NCBI GenBank assembly: GCA_965612865.1
Contig: CBFDTJ010000014.1
Coordinates: forward strand, 1-25,027
From: an uncultured bacterium
GTDB taxonomy: Bacteria > Caldisericota > Caldisericia > B22-G15
DNA length: 25,027 nucleotides
Reading direction: 5' to 3'
Below, one piece after another: positions 1 to 7,144 of this stretch. The notes under the pieces were generated by a model that ran no database searches, was not told the origin of the DNA, and saw nothing but the letters and a program-made list of their open reading frames with translations. The position numbers and the translations under genes are program-made. Within the stretch, counting starts at the first letter, position 1. Each line of letters begins with the position of its first letter.

Positions 1-65
1 TACGGCGACCACCGAGATCTACACCTAAGCCTTCGTCGGCAGCGTCAGATGTGTATAAGAGACAG
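1..65 (+). other. Illumina Nextera adapter (technical sequence): P5 lacking its first 5 nt, i5 index CTAAGCCT, Read1 primer site, Tn5 mosaic end
   Basis: 1-24 TACGGCGACCACCGAGATCTACAC (P5), 25-32 CTAAGCCT (N/S508 index), 33-46 TCGTCGGCAGCGTC, 47-65 AGATGTGTATAAGAGACAG. Confidence 0.99.
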
Positions 66-121
66 ATATAAAATATTGCAGCTTTGAAATCAAATTTAGG
101 TTTGTATATGGTTTTTTCCAT
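66..121 (-). CDS. 5' fragment of a hypothetical protein (MEKTIYKPKFDFKAAIFY...), truncated by the adapter
   Basis: ATG at 121 preceded by SD-like GAGGT; the frame stays open up to the adapter junction at 65/66. Confidence 0.55.
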
Positions 122-141
122 GTTATAACCTCTAGCTATTT

Positions 142-213
142 TTATAAATATCTTTCCAATACTTTTCCAGCCAAAAAACAATCAGTTACCATCGCTATTC
201 CAAGTGCCTTCAT
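142..213 (-). CDS. possible 23-aa small ORF (MKALGIAMVTDCFLAGKVLERYL)
   Basis: ATG at 213 preceded by AGAGGA, TAA at 142-144, about 34 nt downstream of the TTTAAA box; no recognised homology. Confidence 0.3.
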   Translation of the reverse strand: MKALGIAMVTDCFLAGKVLERYL

Positions 214-240
214 GTTGAATCCTCTGATAAAATTTAATTC

Positions 241-260
241 AAAAGGTTTAAATTTTTCCC
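241..260. promoter_or_regulatory. putative archaeal-type BRE/TATA element, possibly bidirectional
   Basis: palindromic TTTAAA at 247-252 with a purine-rich upstream flank on each strand (AAAAGG on +, GGGAAAAA on -), midway between divergent ATGs at 213 and 288. Confidence 0.45.
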
Positions 261-287
261 AATGTTAATAAGGAGTAGGGATATATA

Positions 288-1736
288 ATGATTCTTATAA
301 GACTGGATAGAAACGACATAAAAATAATAGTCCGAGATTTGGGTGCTATATTAATTTTAATCGGTTATCTTTTGATTTTTCCTGCCATAATTGCATATTA
401 TTTTGGGGAAGAATATCTTAGTTTTTTATCTCTAAGTTGCGTGACCATATGGATAGGATTTGGGTTAAAAAAACTTTATGAAGAGGCTGGAGAAACTAAG
501 CTCAAGCATGCGATGGTTAGCGCAGGTTTAGCTTGGCTACTCGTTCCTTTAGTATGCTCGTTACCCTTTCTGGGATTCGTTGGCTTCTTAGACGCTTACT
601 TCGAAAGCATGTCTGGATTTACTACCACGGGATTAACGATATTTAAGAACGTGGAAACTCTGCCAAAGAGCATATTGTTCTGGCGAGCTCTTATTCAATG
701 GATAGGCGGCATAGGAGTGGTAATGCTTTTCTTGCTGATTCTTATGCAAGTCGGTATAGGGGTTGCTAGATTTTATACCGCAGAGGGCAGAGAAGAAAGA
801 ATTGCCCCAACAATCTCCTCAACGGTAAGAAAAATCTGGCAACTCTATCTTTTCTACACCGTATTTGGGATAATTTTATATTATATAGCTGGCATGAATC
901 TCTTTGATGCAACTTGTCATACTTTCACAGCTCTTGCGACCGCAGGATTTTCTACAAAAAACGCTAGCATAGGCAGCTATAATAGCACGTTTATAGAGAT
1001 AGTCTCCTTAGTTTTAATGTTCATAGGTGGAGTGAGCTTTCTTCTACACTACAAGCTCCTCACCGGTAGAAAGGAAGAGGTAATAAAAGATCCCGAAATA
1101 AGAATATATGTTGGTGTTATACTGACGTGTACATTGTTAATTACTATAGACCTATTTTTGAAGGGTAATAATATAGTTAAATCATTTAACTATGCTCTTT
1201 TCCATTCAGTCTCAGCGATAACCACAACGGGCTTCTCTATCTCCGACCTTTCTACTTTTCCCGAATTTTCTAAAGCCATTCTTACGTTGCTCATGGTCTC
1301 AGGTGGTTGTGCTGGTTCAACTGCTGGAGGTATGAAGATATTCAGAATATTAATTCTACTCAAGCTCGCATATTATCAAAACTTAAAAGAAATTCTTCCA
1401 AGTAGTAGCGTTATAACGTTCAAAATAAAGGAAAGGGTTATCGAGGATGAAGACCTACTTAGAATAACAACATTTTTCTTCCTTTATACTTCTATAGTAT
1501 TTGTGATAGGGATAATTCTAACAGAGTTTGGATTAAGTTTTGTAGATGGTTTGGCTATAGCTGCTTCAGCCCAAGGAAATGTTGGATTAGTTACCGTTTC
1601 TTCGCTTCAATGGTATTCCTTGCCTTCGATAGCAAAACTTCTATTAATAATTCAGATGTGGGTAGGAAGATTGGAGATATATCCCGCCTTCGCATTGTTC
1701 TATGCTATATTCTCAAGCTGGAAGAAGGAGAAATAG
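288..1736 (+). CDS. trkH: TrkH-family potassium uptake membrane protein
   Basis: 482-aa polytopic protein with four pore loops (SGFTTTG, TALATAG, SAITTTG, SAQGNVG), plus FWRALIQWIGGIG, GGCAGSTAGGMK and WVGRLE motifs. Confidence 0.95.
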   Translation: MILIRLDRNDIKIIVRDLGAILILIGYLLIFPAIIAYYFGEEYLSFLSLSCVTIWIGFGLKKLYEEAGETKLKHAMVSAGLAWLLVPLVCSLPFLGFVGFLDAYFESMSGFTTTGLTIFKNVETLPKSILFWRALIQWIGGIGVVMLFLLILMQVGIGVARFYTAEGREERIAPTISSTVRKIWQLYLFYTVFGIILYYIAGMNLFDATCHTFTALATAGFSTKNASIGSYNSTFIEIVSLVLMFIGGVSFLLHYKLLTGRKEEVIKDPEIRIYVGVILTCTLLITIDLFLKGNNIVKSFNYALFHSVSAITTTGFSISDLSTFPEFSKAILTLLMVSGGCAGSTAGGMKIFRILILLKLAYYQNLKEILPSSSVITFKIKERVIEDEDLLRITTFFFLYTSIVFVIGIILTEFGLSFVDGLAIAASAQGNVGLVTVSSLQWYSLPSIAKLLLIIQMWVGRLEIYPAFALFYAIFSSWKKEK

Positions 1737-1739
1737 ACG

Positions 1740-2288
1740 ATGAAGATAGTAATAGGTCTAACTGGAAAAATTGGCGCTGGCAAAAGCGCTGTTGCAAAAT
1801 ATATTAGTAAAAACTATAACGCAAGCGAGCATAGGTTTTCTCAGATACTTATGGATATTCTCGACAGACTTTATCTTCCACATAAAAGAGAATATCTCCA
1901 AAGTCTTGGAGCATGTTTAAGAAAAATTAGGGAGGATGTAATAGTAGAAGCCTTCAAAAAAGATTTGGAAAAAGACAAATCAGAAATCATAGTAATAGAT
2001 GGCATAAGATACCCAAATGAGGTGAAAATGCTAAGAAGCTTTGAGAAAAATGTTTTGATTTGTATAGAAGCTCCTGTAGAGCTTAGATATGAAAGATGCA
2101 AGAAAAGAAAAGAAAAGGAAGAGACGCGCCTAACCTTTGAAGAATTTTTAAAGAACGAAGAAGCTGAAACCGAGAAAAGAATAGAGGAAATATGTAAAGA
2201 GGCTGACTTTATTATAAATAATGATTCAACCTTAGAAGAACTTTTCAAAAAAGTAGATGAGATAATGGAGTTAATTGCTCAAAAATAG
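1740..2288 (+). CDS. P-loop nucleotide kinase, dephospho-CoA kinase-like (COG0237, archaeal type); substrate uncertain
   Basis: Walker A GLTGKIGAGKS, VIDGIRYPNE, IEAPVELRYER and ADFIINNDSTLEEL motifs; starts 3 nt after the trkH stop. Confidence 0.85.
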   Translation: MKIVIGLTGKIGAGKSAVAKYISKNYNASEHRFSQILMDILDRLYLPHKREYLQSLGACLRKIREDVIVEAFKKDLEKDKSEIIVIDGIRYPNEVKMLRSFEKNVLICIEAPVELRYERCKKRKEKEETRLTFEEFLKNEEAETEKRIEEICKEADFIINNDSTLEELFKKVDEIMELIAQK

Positions 2289-2648
2289 AACTAATTTCTT
2301 ACCATTAACCTCTCTTACTGTAGAAAACTCTTCTACTGGTTTCTCCTTATTACCAAAATATATTAGCGGAATTTCTTTTATTTTAATCTTTTTCTGGATC
2401 TCTATTCTTTTATTCCTTTTATTACCGTTGTCTAAAATTCTTACTTCATACTTGGGCTCTTCTATCACTAAATAGTCGGGACCTATAAAGGATCTTAATA
2501 CTATGGTTCTCTTTCCATCATCTCTAACAAACTTCTCAACCTTTTTTAGCGCCTCTTCAGGAGAATAGCTTCTTTTAAAGAACAAACCCTCAGTATATAC
2601 TTTTGAAGCTTTTAGAATTTCATTTTTTATTATTTTCTCCTCTATCAT
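2271..2648 (-). CDS. hypothetical protein, 125 aa
   Basis: Lys/Glu/Ile-rich composition like the neighbouring real genes; overlaps the kinase tail-to-tail by 18 nt. Confidence 0.65.
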   Translation of the reverse strand: MIEEKIIKNEILKASKVYTEGLFFKRSYSPEEALKKVEKFVRDDGKRTIVLRSFIGPDYLVIEEPKYEVRILDNGNKRNKRIEIQKKIKIKEIPLIYFGNKEKPVEEFSTVREVNGKKLVLFLSN

Positions 2649-2802
2649 CTCTATTTCCCCCTTTTGTAGATTGTCTTTTACTTATACCTTCTAAATAATT
2701 TTCGGGGATTATCCCTCTAGCTATATCTCTTTTAATTACTCTCTCTGTATACTCCTCTGAAAATCTTATAATTTCTTCTTTTATTTTCTCCATTATTCTC
2801 AT
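2620..2802 (-). CDS. hypothetical protein, 60 aa
   Basis: ATG preceded by GGAAGGTGA SD; N-terminus resembles that of the downstream 125-aa ORF; alternative ATG at 2793. Confidence 0.55.
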   Translation of the reverse strand: MRIMEKIKEEIIRFSEEYTERVIKRDIARGIIPENYLEGISKRQSTKGGNRDDRGENNKK

Positions 2803-2825
2803 TTGTTTTCACCTTCCTTATTTTT

Positions 2826-3590
2826 CTAATTTTTATAAAATGAGTTACTAAAATACCTTTCTCTTATTTTTGTGAGTTCAAAGAGGGCGATGCCTGCTGA
2901 TACTGATGCATTTAGGGAGTTTACCTTTCCATACATGGGAATCTTTAAGACCATATCACTTTTTTCAATAACCTTTTTACCTGCTCCCTTTCCCTCTCCT
3001 CCAACTACGAGAACCACAGGGAATGGAATGTCCACCTTTCCAAGAATTTGTTTTCCTTTCATATCAAGGGTAACTATCCATAAGCCTTTCTCTTTCAGTG
3101 TTTCAATCCCTGAAAGAACACTTCCTATCTCATAGATTGGAATGTGGAATATGCTCCCTGCTGATGCCTTAATTACAGATGGAGTTATGGTAACTCCTCT
3201 TCTCTTTGGAAAAATAATTCCCTTTACTCCAAAACACTCAGAGCTTCTTATTATTGCGCCAAAATTCTCCGGATCCTCTATGTTTGATACAAGAACATAT
3301 ATGTCACTCTTTCCCGCCTTTATCTCTCTTATATCCCTTATCCTTACAGGGGATACATATGCAATAACACCCTGAGACTTTGGATAATCTTTAAAAAAGT
3401 TTTTATCCTTAAATGTAAATGGTACCTTCTTCTCTTTCAGTAGATTCTCAAGCTCTCTTATTTCCTTTCCCTTAACCCCAAACTTTATTATGACCTTGAG
3501 TACCTTTCCGGATTTAACTGCTTCAATTACAGGATTTCTTCCATAAACTATGTTATTCTCTTCTGAAGTAGATGGTTTCCCTCTTTCCAT
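2826..3590 (-). CDS. rlmB: 23S rRNA (Gm2251) 2'-O-methyltransferase, SPOUT family
   Basis: YGRNPV N-terminal motif and SPOUT motifs EDPENFGAIIRS, VGGEGKG, IPMYGKVNSLNASVS; follows cysS; GAGGTGA SD upstream. Confidence 0.92.
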   Translation of the reverse strand: MERGKPSTSEENNIVYGRNPVIEAVKSGKVLKVIIKFGVKGKEIRELENLLKEKKVPFTFKDKNFFKDYPKSQGVIAYVSPVRIRDIREIKAGKSDIYVLVSNIEDPENFGAIIRSSECFGVKGIIFPKRRGVTITPSVIKASAGSIFHIPIYEIGSVLSGIETLKEKGLWIVTLDMKGKQILGKVDIPFPVVLVVGGEGKGAGKKVIEKSDMVLKIPMYGKVNSLNASVSAGIALFELTKIRERYFSNSFYKN

Positions 3591-5007
3591 CCCTCACCTC
3601 ATATCCAAGCTCCTTGAGCCTGTCTCTTATTTTATCTGCCTTTTCATACTCTTTATTCTCCCTCATCTTCTTTCTCTCATCTATTATCTTCTTTATAAGT
3701 TCCTCCTCTTCCTTCTCCTCATCTCCCTTTTCAATAAGATTAAAGTCAGAAAGAATCTTTATTAGTTCCTCCTTTAAATTCTTAATCTCTTTAAAGGAAA
3801 TTTTTATTCCAAGTATGTTTAACATATCCTCAAATACCTTTAGTGCATAACCAAAACTTCCCTCCCCTCCTTCTCCTTTAATCTTATTTATAAATTTAAA
3901 TAAAACTCCGAGGGCACCCTGAGTATTAAAATCATCATCCATAAAGGATGTAAACTCTTTCATTGCATCATCAGAGATTTTCCTTATCTTTTCATCATCC
4001 TCAGGGAATTTCTCCTTCATCATCTTGAGGAAGTTGTAAAACTCCTTAATTCTTTCATAGGATTTTTTTATCTCATTCAGTTTCTCAAAGGAAAAGTCTA
4101 TGGGAGAGTGATAGTCACCTGAAAGAAGAAACAATCTTAAAACTTCTGGCTGATACTTCTTTAAGAGCTCTTCAATGGTAAAGAAGTTCCCAAGAGATTT
4201 GCTCATCTTTTCCTTGTTTACAGTTATAAGGCCATTGTGAAGCCAGTATCTTACATAGGGTTTATCTCCTGCCCATGCCTCAGATTGAGCTATCTCATTC
4301 TCATGATGAGGGAAAATAAGGTCAATTCCACCACCGTGAATATCGTATCCAAAACCAAGGTACTTCATGGACATAACAGAGCATTCAATATGCCATCCCG
4401 GTCTTCCCTTTCCCCATGGAGAATTCCACGCTGGCTCTCCCGGTTTCTGCTTCTTCCATAGTGCAAAATCAAGGGGGTCTTTCTTTGTTTCATCCACAGG
4501 GATTCTTGCTCCCTTTATTAAGTCCTCTATTTTTCTTCTTGAAAGTTTCCCGTATTCAGGAAATTTTTTCACTGAAAAGTAAACCCCTGTGTCTGTTTCA
4601 TAGGCAAAGCCTTTATTCTCAAGTTCCTTTACCATCTTTATAATGCCATCTATATTCTCTGTAACCCTTGGATATATGTTTCCCTCTCTATCAACATTGA
4701 ATAGCTTAAGATACTTTTCATACATTAAGATAAAGGTTTCTGCAATCTCCTTTGGTGAAATTCCCCACTCATTTGCCCTTTTTATGATCTTATCGTCTAT
4801 ATCTGTGTAGTTTTGAACATACTTAACTTCAAATCCTTTAAATTTCAGATACCTTTTTATGGTATCAAAGACAACAAAGGCCCTTGCGTGTCCAAGATGG
4901 GGGTAGTTATCAGGGGTGAGACCACAAACATACATATAAATCTTTCCTTTCTCTCTTGGAACAAGTTCCTCTTTTTTTCTCGTCAGTGTATTGTATACTC
5001 TAATCAT
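3553..5007 (-). CDS. cysS: cysteine--tRNA ligase
   Basis: YVCG..HLGH, NYTDIDDKII, DFALWK, GRPGWHIECS, HGGGIDLIFPHHENE, KMSKSLGN, MDDDFNT. Confidence 0.98.
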   Translation of the reverse strand: MIRVYNTLTRKKEELVPREKGKIYMYVCGLTPDNYPHLGHARAFVVFDTIKRYLKFKGFEVKYVQNYTDIDDKIIKRANEWGISPKEIAETFILMYEKYLKLFNVDREGNIYPRVTENIDGIIKMVKELENKGFAYETDTGVYFSVKKFPEYGKLSRRKIEDLIKGARIPVDETKKDPLDFALWKKQKPGEPAWNSPWGKGRPGWHIECSVMSMKYLGFGYDIHGGGIDLIFPHHENEIAQSEAWAGDKPYVRYWLHNGLITVNKEKMSKSLGNFFTIEELLKKYQPEVLRLFLLSGDYHSPIDFSFEKLNEIKKSYERIKEFYNFLKMMKEKFPEDDEKIRKISDDAMKEFTSFMDDDFNTQGALGVLFKFINKIKGEGGEGSFGYALKVFEDMLNILGIKISFKEIKNLKEELIKILSDFNLIEKGDEEKEEEELIKKIIDERKKMRENKEYEKADKIRDRLKELGYEVRDGKRETIYFRRE

Positions 5008-5022
5008 TATTTACCTCCACTG

Positions 5023-6459
5023 TCAGGCTTCCCTTACCTCCAAAATTGCCTCTGAGAGCCTCTTAACACTCTCTTCTTTTCCAAGAAGATATATATAGAT
5101 GTATATCTCTGGTCCTTCTCTCTTATGTGTTATTGCCACCCTCAATGGAAAGTAGAGTCTCTTTCCCTTAAAACCAAGTTCCTTTCCTGTTTTTCTTATG
5201 AGTGTTAGAATTTCATTTTCATCCCACTCTGAAAGTGATGAAAGGTTCTTCATAAACCCCTCAAGCAAAGGAATAAATTCCTTCAAGTATTCTTTATCGT
5301 CTTCTAAGAGAGGTGGCGGGGAAAATATATCCTTGATTATGAGATTTAAATCCTTAAGAAGTGTCATGTGTTCTCTAAGAAGCCTTGTTGCCTCTTTTAT
5401 CCAATTATCGGATAGGGAGGGAAACTCTTTTTTTACGAAGGGTTTTACCCTCTCAAAAATAACTTCCAAGGGAAGTGTCTCCATGTATTTGTGATTCATC
5501 CACTTTAATTTTGATAATGAAAATATTGCGTTACTCTTTGAAAGGTTGTCTATGTCAAACTCTTTAATGAGTTCTTCCATTGTGAAAAATTCCTTCTCCT
5601 TTGACTTTGGAGACCATCCAAGAAGCGCCATGTAATTTATTAGAGCCTCTGGGAGAAAACCATCAAATCTATAGTCTCTTAAGGATACACTTCCGTGTCT
5701 TTTTGAGAGCTTTGTGTGATCTTCACCAAGAATCATGGGGAGATGAATAAATTCAGGAACAGGAAAGCCAAGAGCTTCATAGAGAAGAACCTGCCTTGGT
5801 GTGTTTCCATGAAGATGGTCTTCTCCTCTCATAACATGGGTTATTTTCATCAAAGCGTCGTCAATCACAACTGCAAAGTTGTATGTCGGAATTCCATCAG
5901 ACCTAAGAATCACAAAATCGTCAAGGTTCTCCATGGGAAAGGTGAGTTCTCCCCTCAATCTATCATAGACTTTAACCTCTCCAGAGAGTGGTGTTTTAAA
6001 CCTTACAACAGGGATTCTTCCCTCTTCAAATTTCTTTCTTCTCTCTTCCTCTGTAAGATTCCTACATCTACGGGAGTATTTTGGCATCTCTCCTCTTTTT
6101 ATTGCCTCCTCTCTGTCTCTTTGTAATTCCTCTGGAGCGCAGAAGCAGTAATACGCCTTATCCTCTTTAAGAAGCTTATCAATGTATTTTTTATAAATAT
6201 CAAGTCTTTCACTCTGTCTGTATGGTCCATAGGGTCCACCTATATCAGGACCCTCATCCCACTCTATACCAAGCCACTTAAGTCCATCAATTATATCTTC
6301 TTCATACTCCTTTTTTGAACGGAGCTTATCTGTATCTTCAATTCTTAATATGAGTTTTCCTCCCTTACTTTTTGCAAATAAGTAGTTAAAAAGAGCAGTC
6401 CTTACATTCCCTATGTGCATGTATCCAGTGGGTGAGGGCGGAAATCTAACTCTAATCAT
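5023..6459 (-). CDS. gltX: glutamate--tRNA ligase
   Basis: RVRFPPSPTG.MHIGN, LRIEDTD, PYRQSER, YYCFC, THVMRGEDH, KLSKRHG; AGGAGG SD. Confidence 0.98.
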   Translation of the reverse strand: MIRVRFPPSPTGYMHIGNVRTALFNYLFAKSKGGKLILRIEDTDKLRSKKEYEEDIIDGLKWLGIEWDEGPDIGGPYGPYRQSERLDIYKKYIDKLLKEDKAYYCFCAPEELQRDREEAIKRGEMPKYSRRCRNLTEEERRKKFEEGRIPVVRFKTPLSGEVKVYDRLRGELTFPMENLDDFVILRSDGIPTYNFAVVIDDALMKITHVMRGEDHLHGNTPRQVLLYEALGFPVPEFIHLPMILGEDHTKLSKRHGSVSLRDYRFDGFLPEALINYMALLGWSPKSKEKEFFTMEELIKEFDIDNLSKSNAIFSLSKLKWMNHKYMETLPLEVIFERVKPFVKKEFPSLSDNWIKEATRLLREHMTLLKDLNLIIKDIFSPPPLLEDDKEYLKEFIPLLEGFMKNLSSLSEWDENEILTLIRKTGKELGFKGKRLYFPLRVAITHKREGPEIYIYIYLLGKEESVKRLSEAILEVREA

Positions 6460-6489
6460 CTTTCCTCCTTTTAAACAAGGTCTTTATTA

Positions 6490-6495
6490 ATTATA
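6490..6495 (-). promoter_or_regulatory. putative sigma70 -10 element for gltX-cysS-rlmB
   Basis: perfect TATAAT on the minus strand about 30 nt upstream of the gltX ATG; no clear -35. Confidence 0.45.
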
Positions 6496-6547
6496 ACTTA
6501 ATTTAATGAGATTAAAGAATTATTTGATTTTCCTCCTTAAAGGAAAT

Positions 6548-6576
6548 TTTAATCTGACTCCTTTTTATTATACAAT
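6548..6576 (+). promoter_or_regulatory. putative sigma70 promoter for the CDP-alcohol phosphotransferase gene
   Basis: TTTAAT-17 nt-TACAAT, followed by a GGAGG SD and ATG at 6594. Confidence 0.35.
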
Positions 6577-6593
6577 AAACATGCGGAGGAAAT

Positions 6594-7118
6594 ATGGTCT
6601 CTGATATTTTGACATTTTTAAGATTTGCTTCTTCTGGCTTTATCGTTTATCTTGGTTTAATCCCGAAAGATACCTTCCCCATCTTTTTCTACACAGTGCT
6701 ATTTGCATGGGAAACAGACATTCTTGATGGATATTTAGCAAGAGCTACAGGAAAATTTTGGAAACTTGGAAAGTACGATTTTCTCTTTGATATGATCTTT
6801 GTCTGGTCAACTCTACTTTACTTCTATCTCTCTGGGAGGATAACATTAACCCTCTTTGCTTTTTATAACCTTGTTTCTTTTTCATTTATTGCACTCTTTC
6901 CATCAAAAACAACAACTATGACATTTGCCGCTCCTGTTGTCTTTGCTCCTTTCGTTATATCCTTCTTTGAATACAAATCTCTTTCAACCGCTTCCTGGAT
7001 ATGGATCGTAATAAACTTCATACTCTTCCATAAAAGATTCTTTGAGGTAATAGCAAGCTACATAAAGGGACTTAAAAGAGAGGAAGAGGCAAATCATTTT
7101 GTAAATAAAAAGCACTGA
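6594..7118 (+). CDS. CDP-alcohol phosphatidyltransferase family protein
   Basis: DILTFLR start and D-x2-DG-x2-AR-x8-G-x2-D-x3-D motif (DILDGYLARATGKFWKLGKYDFLFD); hydrophobic, 174 aa. Confidence 0.85.
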   Translation: MVSDILTFLRFASSGFIVYLGLIPKDTFPIFFYTVLFAWETDILDGYLARATGKFWKLGKYDFLFDMIFVWSTLLYFYLSGRITLTLFAFYNLVSFSFIALFPSKTTTMTFAAPVVFAPFVISFFEYKSLSTASWIWIVINFILFHKRFFEVIASYIKGLKREEEANHFVNKKH

Positions 7119-7128
7119 ACATTTCTAA

Positions 7129-7137
7129 TGGTATAAT
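7129..7137 (+). promoter_or_regulatory. extended -10 promoter (TGnTATAAT), probably giving a leaderless transcript
   Basis: TGGTATAAT at 7129-7137, 7 nt before ATG 7145, with no SD. Confidence 0.6.
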
Positions 7138-7144
7138 ACTTTTC

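Noticed and set aside
47..65. Tn5/IS50-like 19-bp end as a real transposon terminus
   Set aside because: It is the synthetic mosaic end inside a complete Nextera adapter; there is no transposase and no second end.
2620..2648. The 60-aa and 125-aa ORFs as one frameshifted gene
   Set aside because: Each has its own start context and they share a similar N-terminus, which fits two genes better; no clear slippery site with a downstream structure was seen. Not fully excluded.
5008..5022. T-box riboswitch upstream of cysS as in Bacillus
   Set aside because: The gltX-cysS gap is only 15 nt, and the gltX upstream region shows no T-box motif or terminator.
6529..6546. Short inverted repeat TTTCCT-N6-AGGAAA and an orphan AAGGAGG in the divergent intergenic region
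   Set aside because: 6-bp arms are expected by chance in AT-rich DNA, and no start codon follows the SD-like sequence; an operator role cannot be supported.
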